Of a DNA stretch of 64,000 bases, positions 10,877-20,060 are shown piece after piece. Position 1 is the first letter of the stretch. Each line of letters opens with the position of its first letter. Origin of the DNA: Xanthobacteraceae bacterium (lineage in GTDB: Bacteria; Pseudomonadota; Alphaproteobacteria; Rhizobiales; Xanthobacteraceae). A model generated the notes under the pieces. That model was not told the DNA's origin. It worked only from the letters and a program-made list of their open reading frames with translations, and searched no databases. The stretch covers positions 12,339-76,338 of the forward strand of contig JAIESR010000020.1 in the NCBI GenBank assembly GCA_019745775.1, written 5' to 3'. The translations under genes were made by a program, and so were the position numbers.

Positions 10877-12466
10877 ATGAATGACGCGCAACGCGGCGGT
10901 TTGGATCGTCGCACGCTGCTGATGACGGGCGCCGTGTCCGCCGCGACGGTCGCGACCTCAGCGACTGTTCAGCTGGCTCAGGCGCAAGGAACCGGAGGTG
11001 GCGCTGCCGGAAAGCCGGCTGAAGGTCCGGCGGCGCCCGTGGCGCCCCCTGCGTCGGCCGCCGCAGCGGCCAAGGTGGTCGCGCAGTCGCGCGATGCCAT
11101 CCTGCGCATCTCGCGCGAGGTCTGGGCGCTGGGCGAGGTCTCGCTGTCGGAGGTCAAGTCGGCGCAGGTGCATGTGCGCGAACTCCAGGCGGCCGGCTTC
11201 CGGATCACGAGCACCGGCACCGCAGGCGTGCCGACCGCCTTCGTCGCCGAATGGTCACAAGGCACCGGCGGACCGGTGATCGCCTACCTGCCGGAATACG
11301 ACGCGCTTCCGGCCCTCGGCAACGCGGCCGAGCCACGGCAGGCGCCCGGGCCGACGCCGGACGGCCATGGGTGCGGGCACAACATGATCGGCGCCGGCTG
11401 TACCGGGGCCGCCTTCGCGCTGAAGCGGATGATGGAAAGCGCCCGCACGCCGGGCACGATCCGCGTCTACGGCTGCGCCGCGGAGGAGACGGAAGGCGCC
11501 AAGGTCTACATGGTGCGCGCCGGGCTTTTCAACGACGTCGATGCGGCGCTCGCCTGGCATCCCGCGCCGTTCGCAGGCACCGGCATGGTGCGGATGAACG
11601 CCACCAACAACGTCAAGGTCGCGTTCCGTGGACGGACCGCGCACGCCGGCAACACGCCCTGGGAGGGGCGCAGCGCACTGAAGGCGGCCGAGCTTTTCGG
11701 CGCCGGCATTCAGTACATGCGCGAGCACATCCTGCCGACAGCCCGGCTGCATTACATCTACGAGAACGCTGGAGTCGCCCCGAACGTCGTGCCCGAATTC
11801 GCACAGGTCTGGATCACCATCCGCGACATCGATCGGGACAAGGTCAACGCCATGACCGACTGGATCCGTCAGATCGCGGATGGCGCGGCGCTGATGACGC
11901 AGACGAAGGCGGAGTTCGACCTGTTCTTCGGCATGTACGACCTGATGCCCAATCAGCCGTTGGTCGATCTCGCATACCGCCACCTTGTTGCCGTTCCCCT
12001 CGAGTGGACGGCCGAGGAGCAGGCCTTCGCCAGGGCATGCCAGAAAGCGATGGGCGTGCCGGAAGCCGGCATGTCCACGCGCGTCCTGCCCAGGCTTCCG
12101 GATACGACCGCCGGCGGCTCCACCGACATCGGCGACATCAGCTACACGTGTCCCGTCGGCGTGTTCGCGTGGCCGACAGTCCCGCTGGGGATCGGACTGC
12201 ATACCTGGCCGGTCACCGCGTGCGGCGGCATGTCGATTGGCGACAAGAGCTCGCTCGTCACGGCCCAGATCCTGGCTGCCATGGGTTTCGACCTCATGAA
12301 CGATCGTGCGCTGCTCGACGCCGCGAAGGCGGACCTGAAGAAGCGGCGCGGCGACAAGCCGTTCGTCTCACCCCTGCCGCCGGCCCGGACGCATCCGCTG
12401 GGGCTGCCGCCGTTTCTGCGGAGGCAGGGCACCGACGAGGTCTTTGGCGGCGTTGTCGCGGGGTAG
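10877..12466 (+). CDS. Tat-exported M20-family amidohydrolase (AbgB-like)
   Basis: Start taken at ATG 10877 after gtgagg. Twin-arginine signal LDRRTLLMTGAVSA...AQAQG. M20 metal-site region GHGCGHN and AEE(T)EGAK. Confidence 0.8.
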   Translation: MNDAQRGGLDRRTLLMTGAVSAATVATSATVQLAQAQGTGGGAAGKPAEGPAAPVAPPASAAAAAKVVAQSRDAILRISREVWALGEVSLSEVKSAQVHVRELQAAGFRITSTGTAGVPTAFVAEWSQGTGGPVIAYLPEYDALPALGNAAEPRQAPGPTPDGHGCGHNMIGAGCTGAAFALKRMMESARTPGTIRVYGCAAEETEGAKVYMVRAGLFNDVDAALAWHPAPFAGTGMVRMNATNNVKVAFRGRTAHAGNTPWEGRSALKAAELFGAGIQYMREHILPTARLHYIYENAGVAPNVVPEFAQVWITIRDIDRDKVNAMTDWIRQIADGAALMTQTKAEFDLFFGMYDLMPNQPLVDLAYRHLVAVPLEWTAEEQAFARACQKAMGVPEAGMSTRVLPRLPDTTAGGSTDIGDISYTCPVGVFAWPTVPLGIGLHTWPVTACGGMSIGDKSSLVTAQILAAMGFDLMNDRALLDAAKADLKKRRGDKPFVSPLPPARTHPLGLPPFLRRQGTDEVFGGVVAG

Positions 12467-12587
12467 GCATGACAAAGACCGGGGCCGCCGGCGATCAGCG
12501 TGCCATGTTCGTTCACTGCGGCAGGATGCGGTGTCCGGTCGCGTTGCCATCGAGCGATGACCAAGCGGCTTTGGTGGATCCGCGCTC

Positions 12588-13559
12588 TCAATCGATGCTG
12601 ATATTGGCGGCTTTGGCGACCGCCGACCAGCGCCGCCGCTCCTGCGCGATGAATGCGGCGAACTCGGCCGCGTTGCCCGACCCGGCTTCCGCGCCGAGGC
12701 GCTTCAGCGTGGTCTGCATCTCGTTCGAGGTCATCTCGGCATTGATGGCGGCATTGAGCTTGTCGACGATCGGCGCCGGCGTGCCGGCCGGCGCGGCCAG
12801 GCCGAAGAAGGCGCGTACGACGAAATCGGGATATCCGCTTTCGATCATGGTCGGCACGTCCGGCAGCAGCGACAGGCGCTTCGGGCTGGTGACCGCGAGC
12901 GCGCGCAGCTTGCCGTCGGCGATCAGCGGTGGCAGCCCGGTGACGTTGACGAACGTCATCTGCACCTGACCGCCGAGCACGGCGGTCGTCGCCTCGGCGC
13001 CCGAGGTATACGGCACGTGCACGATCCGGGTGCCGGCCACGTGGTTGAACAGTTCACCCGCGAGATGGATCGTGTTGCCGATGCCGGCGGAGGCGTAGTT
13101 CAGCCGGTTGGGATTGGCCTTCGCGTAGGCGACGAGCTCGGCGACGGTCTTAACCGGCAGCGACGGGTTCACCACCAGCACCTGATAGGATTCGGCGATC
13201 CGCGCGACCGGTGCGAACAGCTTCTGCGGATCGTAGTTCGCGCTCTTCGACAGGATCGGGATCAGCACCAGCACGCTGGTGTTGCCCATGAACAGCGTAT
13301 GGCCGTCCGGCTCCGCGCTGCCGGCAGCCTTGGCCGCAATCACGCCGCCGGCGCCGCCGCGGTTCTCGATGATGAAGTTCTGGTGCAGGACCGCCTGAAG
13401 CCGTTGCGCGGCGACGCGGGCGAGGAGGTCGGTCGGCCCGCCCGGTCCCTGCGGGACCATGATCCGCACCAGCCGGTCGGGATAGGTTTGCGCGGCCGCA
13501 CCTGCGATCGTCAGGCCGATCGCAACGGGAATGGCGAGAAGGCGGCGCACGAGCGTCAT
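12588..13559 (-). CDS. Bug-family (TctC-like) tripartite tricarboxylate transporter substrate-binding protein
   Basis: Signal peptide, then AQTYPDRLVRIMVPQGPGGPTD...ENRGGAGG, the Bug fold signature. ATG 13559 follows aagga. Confidence 0.85.
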   Translation of the reverse strand: MTLVRRLLAIPVAIGLTIAGAAAQTYPDRLVRIMVPQGPGGPTDLLARVAAQRLQAVLHQNFIIENRGGAGGVIAAKAAGSAEPDGHTLFMGNTSVLVLIPILSKSANYDPQKLFAPVARIAESYQVLVVNPSLPVKTVAELVAYAKANPNRLNYASAGIGNTIHLAGELFNHVAGTRIVHVPYTSGAEATTAVLGGQVQMTFVNVTGLPPLIADGKLRALAVTSPKRLSLLPDVPTMIESGYPDFVVRAFFGLAAPAGTPAPIVDKLNAAINAEMTSNEMQTTLKRLGAEAGSGNAAEFAAFIAQERRRWSAVAKAANISID

Positions 13560-13590
13560 GGCTGGTCGTTCCTTACGGATCACGATTAGA

Positions 13591-14553
13591 CTAGTCGATC
13601 TTCACGCCGGTCACATCGACGGCCTCGGCCCAGGCTTTGCGCTCGGCTGCGAGGAACGTACCGAACTGCTGCGGCGTCCCCGGCTTCGGCAACAGGCCGA
13701 GCTTCGCCATGCTCGCCTTCAATTCGGGATAGGCCAGGACCTCGTTGAGGGTCGTGCTGAGCTTTTGCACGACGTCAGGCGGTGTCGCCGCCGGCGCCAG
13801 GAGCCCGCTCCAGAACGTGAAGGTCAGCGGAATGCCGCTCTCCTCGATGGTCGGGATGTCGGGCAGCTCCGCGTAGCGGCCCTCGCCGATCACGGCGATG
13901 GCGCGGAGCTTGCCGGCTTTCACCAGCGGCGTAAGCGTCGCCGTCGTGCCGATGTTCATGTGGATCTGCCCCGCCAGGATGTCGGTGACGGCATTGGCGC
14001 CGCCTTTGTAGGGGATCGAGGCGATGTCGGCCTTGGCCATGCGCTTGAACAATTCGCCGATCAGATGCGGCGAGGTGCCGAGCCCGTAGCCCCAGTTGAG
14101 CTTGCCGGGGTTTGCCTTCGAATAGGCGATCAGCTCCGGCACGGTCCGGATCGGCAGGTTCGGCGTCACCACGAGCAGGAATGGCATCGTCGCGGTGGCG
14201 CCGATCGGCGCGAAATCCTTCAGCGGATCGTAGGTGAGATTCTTGAACGCCGACGGCGCGATCACGTGGTTCGCTGCGGTGTGCAGCAGCGTGTAGCCGT
14301 CGGGATCGGCGGCTGCGACCGACTTGGCGCCGATGGTGGCGCCCGCGCCCGGACGGTTCTCGACGATGACAGGCTGGCGCAGCGCCGCCGACAGGTGATT
14401 GCCGACCAGGCGTCCGACCACGTCGACCGGCGAGCCGGCAGTGAGCGGCACCACGATCTTGATCGGCCGGTTGGGATAGGGCTGCGTCTGGGCTTGTGCC
14501 GCGACCGAAGCGGCGATGACCGCTGCCAGCGTTGCGTAGACGATACGCATCAT
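13591..14553 (-). CDS. Bug-family substrate-binding protein
   Basis: AQTQPYPNRPIKIVVPLTAGSPVD...ENRPGAGA. It lies 7 nt from the downstream paralog. Confidence 0.85.
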   Translation of the reverse strand: MMRIVYATLAAVIAASVAAQAQTQPYPNRPIKIVVPLTAGSPVDVVGRLVGNHLSAALRQPVIVENRPGAGATIGAKSVAAADPDGYTLLHTAANHVIAPSAFKNLTYDPLKDFAPIGATATMPFLLVVTPNLPIRTVPELIAYSKANPGKLNWGYGLGTSPHLIGELFKRMAKADIASIPYKGGANAVTDILAGQIHMNIGTTATLTPLVKAGKLRAIAVIGEGRYAELPDIPTIEESGIPLTFTFWSGLLAPAATPPDVVQKLSTTLNEVLAYPELKASMAKLGLLPKPGTPQQFGTFLAAERKAWAEAVDVTGVKID

Positions 14554-14557
14554 TGCC

Positions 14558-15529
14558 TCACTCGATCTTCATGCCGCTCGACTTCACCACCGCAACCCAC
14601 TTCGGCCCTTCCTCCAGGAGCAGCTTGCGGAAGTCCTGCGGCGAGCCGCCAAGCGGGCTCGATCCGAGCTTGGCGAGCGCGGCGATCATATCCTCGGATT
14701 TCAGCGCGGCATTCACCTCCCGGTTCAGCCGGGCGATGATCGAAGCCGGCGTTTTCGGTGGTGCGATCAGGCCCGTCCACGAAACCGCCACCATGTCGGG
14801 CACGCCGCTCTCGATCATGGTCGGCACGTCCGGCAGTTCGGCGCTGCGCGTCGCGCCGGTGACCGCCAGAGGGCGGACCTTGCCGTCGCGGACATGAGCG
14901 AGCGTGATCGAGGTCGGCTCGAACGACATGTCGATCTGGCCGGACAGCATGTCGGTCATCACATTGGCGGCGCCGCGATAGGGCACGGTGACGATGCTGA
15001 TGCCGGTGCGCAGCTTGAACAGCTCACCGACCATGATCGGGGTCGCGCCCGCCGGCGCTCCGAAATTGATCGTGCCGGGATTGGCCCTTGCATAGGCGAC
15101 GAGCTCCTGCACGGTACGGGCGGTGACGCGCGGCGGGACGATCAGCACGAACGGCGTGCCCGAGACCGCGACGATCGGCGCGAACCCATTCATGGGATCG
15201 ATGTCGAGCGATTTCGACAAGGTCGGAAGGACGCTGAGCGTCATCAGGCCGCCGAACATCAGCGTATGGCCGTCGGGCTCGGAGGTCACGGCCGCTTTCA
15301 GCCCGACCGTGCTGCCGCCGCCGGGCCGGTTCTCGATGATGACCTGGCCGAGCGCCGGCGAAAGCTTCTGCCCGACCAGGCGCGCCATCACGTCGATCGG
15401 CCCGCCGGCCGGGAACGGCACGATGACGCGGACCTGCCGCGTCGGATAGCGATCCTGCGCGGCCGCGGGCGCGGCCAGCGCAGCAGCCATGCCGGCGATC
15501 GCAGCAGCGGCCGACACCATCCGGATCAA
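14558..15529 (-). CDS. Bug-family substrate-binding protein
   Basis: AAQDRYPTRQVRVIVPFPAGGPID...ENRPGGGS. It lies 4 nt from the next paralog. Confidence 0.85.
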   Translation of the reverse strand: MIRMVSAAAAIAGMAAALAAPAAAQDRYPTRQVRVIVPFPAGGPIDVMARLVGQKLSPALGQVIIENRPGGGSTVGLKAAVTSEPDGHTLMFGGLMTLSVLPTLSKSLDIDPMNGFAPIVAVSGTPFVLIVPPRVTARTVQELVAYARANPGTINFGAPAGATPIMVGELFKLRTGISIVTVPYRGAANVMTDMLSGQIDMSFEPTSITLAHVRDGKVRPLAVTGATRSAELPDVPTMIESGVPDMVAVSWTGLIAPPKTPASIIARLNREVNAALKSEDMIAALAKLGSSPLGGSPQDFRKLLLEEGPKWVAVVKSSGMKIE

Positions 15530-15553
15530 GGCGCGCTCCTTACTTTGGCGAGG

Positions 15554-16267
15554 CTAGCTTCGGCGGCCGCGCGCCGGCTCCAGGATCTTGATCATGTCCT
15601 GATACCGGCGTTGTCGCGCGTAGGTGAGGGCGGTCTGACCTTGCCGATCCTTGATGTCGGGGTCGGCGCCGGCCTTGATCAGCTCGTCCACGGTGGCGAC
15701 GTGATTGGCGCCGCCGTTTCCAAGCACCACCGCTTCGTGCAGCGCCGTCCAACCGAGTCGGTTGACGTGGTCGAGCGGCGCCTTGTGCGCGATCAGGATG
15801 CGAACCGCTTCGGCATGGCCGAGGTGGGCGGCGGCAATCAGCGCCGTGCCGTCATAGGGACTGGTGATGTTGCGCGCGCTGGCGCCGCCCTCGAGAACAA
15901 GCGTCAGCATTTCGATGTCGTTCTGCACGGCGGCGATGGTCACGACGTCGTAGCGCTGGGAATCGAACGCGTTCGGATTGGCGCCGAGGCGGATGAGCGC
16001 GCGCGCCGCCGCATGGTGTTTGCGGTAGACCGCGACGTGCAAGGGCGTGCGGCTGTTGGAATCCTGGACGTTCAGCCGCTCGCCGGCCGCTGCCAGGCGC
16101 TCGATCTCGGCGACGTCGCCATTGGCGGCGGCGGCATGCAGGCCGGCATAGATCTTGAGATCGCGCGGGCTCGGCGGCGTCTGCGCCGACAGATCGCTGG
16201 CGAGCCCCAAGCCGACGGCCATCGTCGCCATCCATGCGAGCACACGCGGAGCACTGCGCCGAACCAT
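15554..16267 (-). CDS. Secreted ankyrin-repeat protein
   Basis: Signal peptide MVRRSAPRVLAWMATMAVGLGLA, followed by repeated ...TPLH.AV..GH...V..LI..GA.PN... units. Confidence 0.75.
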   Translation of the reverse strand: MVRRSAPRVLAWMATMAVGLGLASDLSAQTPPSPRDLKIYAGLHAAAANGDVAEIERLAAAGERLNVQDSNSRTPLHVAVYRKHHAAARALIRLGANPNAFDSQRYDVVTIAAVQNDIEMLTLVLEGGASARNITSPYDGTALIAAAHLGHAEAVRILIAHKAPLDHVNRLGWTALHEAVVLGNGGANHVATVDELIKAGADPDIKDRQGQTALTYARQRRYQDMIKILEPARGRRS

Positions 16268-16425
16268 TCCGTCCCCGGGCGTTTCAAGGTCTGCCGCTGC
16301 GGACGATAGCACGGGCGCCCGCCGATCGCCGCCGGGGTGCAGCGCCGCACCAACAGCCAATGGCCGGGCGCGGGCCCGGCCATTGAACAGGGGAAGCTTG
16401 GAACAGGGGGAATCGCGGAGGTGTT

Positions 16426-16692
16426 TTAGCGGGCGACCCGGTCCGTGGTGACGATACGCACGGTGCGGGGCTGAGTGTTCGGCCGGTCGCTGCGCAGGCA
16501 GCCGGCGTCGTAGTAGGGCCAGGCCTGCTCGGCGCAGGTCGGGGCGGCGGGCTTTATGTCAAGGCGATCGTTCTTGACCACCGGGGCCGGCGTACGGGCT
16601 TCGACTTCGGGGCTGAAACCGGGAATGGCGAGCACCAGAGCGGCGCCGAAGGCGGCCGCGGCAACTGCTGAAAGTGCCTTGTAGATGAACAT
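16426..16692 (-). CDS. Small N-terminally anchored or secreted protein with a C-x2-Q-x-WPY-x4-CL motif
   Basis: Start at MFIYKALSAVAAAAFGAALVLAIPG, preceded by aggggtga. The motif is TCAEQAWPYYDAGCLRSDRP. Confidence 0.55.
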   Translation of the reverse strand: MFIYKALSAVAAAAFGAALVLAIPGFSPEVEARTPAPVVKNDRLDIKPAAPTCAEQAWPYYDAGCLRSDRPNTQPRTVRIVTTDRVAR

Positions 16693-16815
16693 GTTATCAC
16701 CCCTGTCTGCGCCAATTATTGAGGCCATCCACGGCCCTCTTGGCTTATTGGTCGGAGCAACCTGAAGAAAGGTTCACCAAGACGATTAGAATTTTACAGA
16801 GCGTCGCCGCCCCCT

Positions 16816-17403
16816 TTAGCGGCGAGGCGCGTAGCCGTAGGCGAAATACGCGTCATCCGGGACGTTGTAGACCCGCTCCCGCGAACCGTTCCGGTCCCGT
16901 CGGCCGGCCCGCACGGTCACGGTCTTGGACCGGCTTGCCTCAGGGGTCGCGTCCCGCTTGGCCCCTGGTTTGTGGCGGGTCTGGGCCGGACTCGCGGTCT
17001 CCTTGGGTGCCCAAGGGGTTGCACCGACCGCCGCACGCGCCATGGCAGGGTCGTAGTTGAGTACGCGGACATGCGAAGCCGGCGCTTGGCTGTTTTGGGC
17101 GCCGGCCGGGCGGCTGCGCTGTAGGCAGGCATTGCTCAGATACGGCCAAGTCTGCCCTTCGCAGGCTGGGGATGCCGCGACCCGAGCTTGGGCGGGTGCT
17201 TGGGACGATGCTTGGGCTGGGGTTCGGGCTGATGCTTGCGCTGAACTGGCATTCGATGCGTTGCCGACACCGGAAGGGCTGGCGCCCAGCAGCAAGACGA
17301 TCGCACCCCCGGCTGCCGCCACCAGCGGCCACGACCACGCGCTGTGCTGCAAGGGCGAGCGCCTGTCGTTCCAAAGCCGTGCGAATTCGTCGAGCGGACG
17401 CAT
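16816..17403 (-). CDS. Membrane-anchored low-complexity protein carrying the same C-x2-Q-x-WPY-x4-CL motif
   Basis: One TM (WPLVAAAGGAIVLLLGA), an Ala/Gln/Ser-rich linker and the motif ACEGQTWPYLSNACLQRSRP. Confidence 0.55.
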   Translation of the reverse strand: MRPLDEFARLWNDRRSPLQHSAWSWPLVAAAGGAIVLLLGASPSGVGNASNASSAQASARTPAQASSQAPAQARVAASPACEGQTWPYLSNACLQRSRPAGAQNSQAPASHVRVLNYDPAMARAAVGATPWAPKETASPAQTRHKPGAKRDATPEASRSKTVTVRAGRRDRNGSRERVYNVPDDAYFAYGYAPRR

Positions 17404-17521
17404 GCGTGCTCACCCATGCCGAGAGGGGCCCACCACGACGTCCCGCGTGCGGGGGGCGATGATGGCCTTGTAACGCCGGGGCGGCCTTGCGGTTCCTGGT
17501 GCTGCGGGTTAGACCGCCTGC

Positions 17522-18028
17522 ATGCCGCGCACCGCCCTTTTCCCGGGCTCCTTCGACCCGGTGACGAACGGACATCTCGATATCGTGGCGCAAGCGGCGC
17601 GGCTTGCGGAGCGGCTGGTGCTGGCCATCGGCACCCATCCAGGCAAGACGCCGCTGTTCTCCGCGGATGAGCGGCTCGCGATGCTCAACGAGACCTGCGC
17701 GCCTATTGCACGCAAATCCGGGTGCGAGCTGCGCTGCATCACCTTCGCCGATCTGGTGGTGACGACCGCCAAGCGGGAGGGTGCGGCGATCCTGATCCGC
17801 GGCCTGCGCAGCAGCACCGATTTCGACTACGAGATGGAAATGGCCGGCATGAACGGTGCGATGGCGCCCGACCTCCAGACCGTATTCCTGCCGGCGTCGA
17901 CCGCGGTCCGCCCGATCACCGCCACACTGGTCCGGCAGATTGCCTCTATGGGCGGCGACGTGTCGTCCTTCGTCCCGCCGAGCGTGGTCGCACGCCTGAA
18001 ATCAAAATTCGCCGGCAAATCCGGCTGA
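17522..18028 (+). CDS. coaD: Phosphopantetheine adenylyltransferase
   Basis: [18 protein letters not shown] (the T/HxGH nucleotidyltransferase motif) and a length of 168 aa. Confidence 0.95.
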   Translation: MPRTALFPGSFDPVTNGHLDIVAQAARLAERLVLAIGTHPGKTPLFSADERLAMLNETCAPIARKSGCELRCITFADLVVTTAKREGAAILIRGLRSSTDFDYEMEMAGMNGAMAPDLQTVFLPASTAVRPITATLVRQIASMGGDVSSFVPPSVVARLKSKFAGKSG

Positions 18029-18081
18029 TGCCCGATCGAGCTCGCAGCTCGTCATCCCATCCAAGCCCAGTAAGGAGCACC

Positions 18082-18732
18082 ATGACATCGAAGCCCACAA
18101 GCATGACGCTCGTTCCGGCCATGCTGCTTGCCATGCTCACGCTGCCGGCGTTCGGCCAGTCCGCGAACCTCGGCAACCCGTCCGCGCTGCGTGAGACCGC
18201 GCCGGCGACCTACAAGGCCCGCTTCGAGACCAGCAAGGGCGCGTTCGTTGTCGACGTCACGCGCGAGTGGGCGCCGAACGGCGCCGACCGCTTCTACAAT
18301 CTCGTGAAGAACGGCTTCTATGATGGCGTGCGCTTCTTCCGCGTGCTCGACGGGTTCATGGCGCAGTTCGGCATCAATGGCGATCCGAAGATTTCCGCGG
18401 CGTGGCGCGAGGCTCGCATCCCGGACGATCCGGTGAAGCAGAGCAACCGGCGCGGCTTCATCACCTACGCCATGGCCGGTCCGAACACGCGCACCAGCCA
18501 GGTCTTCATCAACTACGGCGACAACAGCGCGCTCGACCGTCAGAACTTCGCGCCGTTCGGGCGCGTCACGTCAGGCATGGAAGTCGTGGACGCACTCTAC
18601 AACGGTTACGGCGAAGGCGCTCCGCGCGGGCAGGGGCCGGATCAGGGCCGTGTCCAGACGGAAGGCAATGCGTATCTGACCAAGAGCTTCCCGCGGCTCG
18701 ATTTCGTCAAGAAGGCAACCATCACCAAGTGA
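18082..18732 (+). CDS. Periplasmic cyclophilin-type peptidyl-prolyl isomerase
   Basis: ATG 18082 follows aaggag. Signal peptide ...LTLPAFGQSA. Cyclophilin motifs FYDGVRFFRVLDGFMAQFG and SQVFINY. Confidence 0.9.
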   Translation: MTSKPTSMTLVPAMLLAMLTLPAFGQSANLGNPSALRETAPATYKARFETSKGAFVVDVTREWAPNGADRFYNLVKNGFYDGVRFFRVLDGFMAQFGINGDPKISAAWREARIPDDPVKQSNRRGFITYAMAGPNTRTSQVFINYGDNSALDRQNFAPFGRVTSGMEVVDALYNGYGEGAPRGQGPDQGRVQTEGNAYLTKSFPRLDFVKKATITK

Positions 18733-18787
18733 TCGCACCAAGTGATCGTCATCCGATTGCTGAGCGGCATTCGAAGAGGAACAGACA

Positions 18788-19246
18788 ATGGCTAAACCCG
18801 AAGACACGATGATTCTGGAGACCACGCAGGGCAAGGTGGTGATCGAGATGCGGCCCGACCTTGCGCCGGGGCACGTGGCGCGGATCAAGGAACTGGTGCG
18901 CGACGGCTTCTACGACGGCATCGTCTTCCATCGGGTCATCGACGGGTTCATGGCGCAGACCGGCTGCCCGCATGGCACCGGTACCGGCGGCTCGGGCAAG
19001 AAGCTGAAGGCCGAATTCAATCGCGAGCCGCATGTGCGCGGCACGGCCTCGATGGCGCGGGCGCAGAACCCCGACTCCGGCGACAGCCAGTTCTTCATCT
19101 GCTTCGACGATGCATCGTTTCTGAACGGCCAATACACCGTCTGGGGCAAGGTCATCGAAGGCATGGAAAACGTCGACAAGATCAAGCGCGGCGAGCCGGT
19201 GCAGAATCCCGACAAGATCGTGTCGGCGAAAATGGCGGATCAGTAA
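18788..19246 (+). CDS. ppiB: Cytoplasmic cyclophilin-type peptidyl-prolyl isomerase
   Basis: FYDGIVFHRVIDGFMAQTG and SQFFICF, with no signal peptide. Confidence 0.9.
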   Translation: MAKPEDTMILETTQGKVVIEMRPDLAPGHVARIKELVRDGFYDGIVFHRVIDGFMAQTGCPHGTGTGGSGKKLKAEFNREPHVRGTASMARAQNPDSGDSQFFICFDDASFLNGQYTVWGKVIEGMENVDKIKRGEPVQNPDKIVSAKMADQ

Positions 19247-19279
19247 GCGCGCAAGCCGCGCGATCTCATCATCTGGGAT

Positions 19280-19483
19280 TTAGGACAGCGCGCGTTGCCG
19301 CGGCTTCGGGTCTGCTTCGCAGACCCAGGCCTCGCGCGCGAACCATTCGTGCTGCACGTTACAAACCGGGCACAAGACTCGCGCAAAGAACACCGGCGTC
19401 GCGCTGAAGCTGGTGCGGTCGGCGATCATTCCGGTCGGGATGTCGCGTCCGGTGTCCGGACATTTGATCATCACCTCGCCCAT
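19280..19483 (-). CDS. Small zinc-ribbon-like protein (hypothetical)
   Basis: 67 aa with KCPDTG...LCPVCN...VCE cysteines. The start may instead be the in-frame ATG at 19471 (MIKCP...). See the uORF finding. Confidence 0.5.
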   Translation of the reverse strand: MGEVMIKCPDTGRDIPTGMIADRTSFSATPVFFARVLCPVCNVQHEWFAREAWVCEADPKPRQRALS

Positions 19484-19619
19484 GGCGCTCTCCGGTTCAT
19501 GGCGCTCTTCCGATTTCCAGGGTGCGTGGCGGATTTGATATCCAGGGCCTACGACGATGGTTTGACACCATCGCGGCGATACCGCGACTTATGCCGCAAC
19601 AATCACGACATGTTTTACG

Positions 19620-19641
19620 TGAATTCTAGCCGTGGAATTCA
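19620..19641. promoter_or_regulatory. Inverted repeat TGAATTC-N8-GAATTCA in a divergent intergenic region
   Basis: Perfect 7-bp arms. It is an AT-rich dyad 75-96 nt upstream of ATG 19716. Confidence 0.25.
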
Positions 19642-19715
19642 ATCGTTGTTTTCCGGAACCGTTTCGAGTGGCGGCGCGTTTCCGGCCGAACATCAACATA
19701 GCCACGGGGACAATC

Positions 19716-20003
19716 ATGGCACGGCCCCAGTTGCAGGACCCTTCGTCGGTCCAGCCGATCTTTCATGGTCGACCGCGCAAGTTCTACCGGATCGAGCCGC
19801 ACGACGACATGTGGTTCATCCGGTTCGACGGCGCCGACTACGGCCCATACAAGAGCGAACGGGAAGCGCTGCTGTTTGCGGTCGACGCCGCCAAGATGCT
19901 CGGCGAACAGGGGAAAGACACCCAGGTTCTGGTCGTGGACGAGAACGGCGACGGCCGGCCTTTCTGGACGTTTGGGCAGGATTCGTATCCGCCACGGCTC
20001 TGA
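19716..20003 (+). CDS. Small hypothetical protein (possibly DUF2188-like)
   Basis: ATG 19716 follows gggga. WFIRFDGADYGPYKSEREALLFAVDAAKMLGEQGKDTQVLVVDENG resembles the DUF2188 pattern from memory only. Confidence 0.5.
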   Translation: MARPQLQDPSSVQPIFHGRPRKFYRIEPHDDMWFIRFDGADYGPYKSEREALLFAVDAAKMLGEQGKDTQVLVVDENGDGRPFWTFGQDSYPPRL

Positions 20004-20060
20004 CCGGTTCGTATCGCAAGACTTGTCATTGCCCACGGTTGTGGGCGATGACGGGCATTG

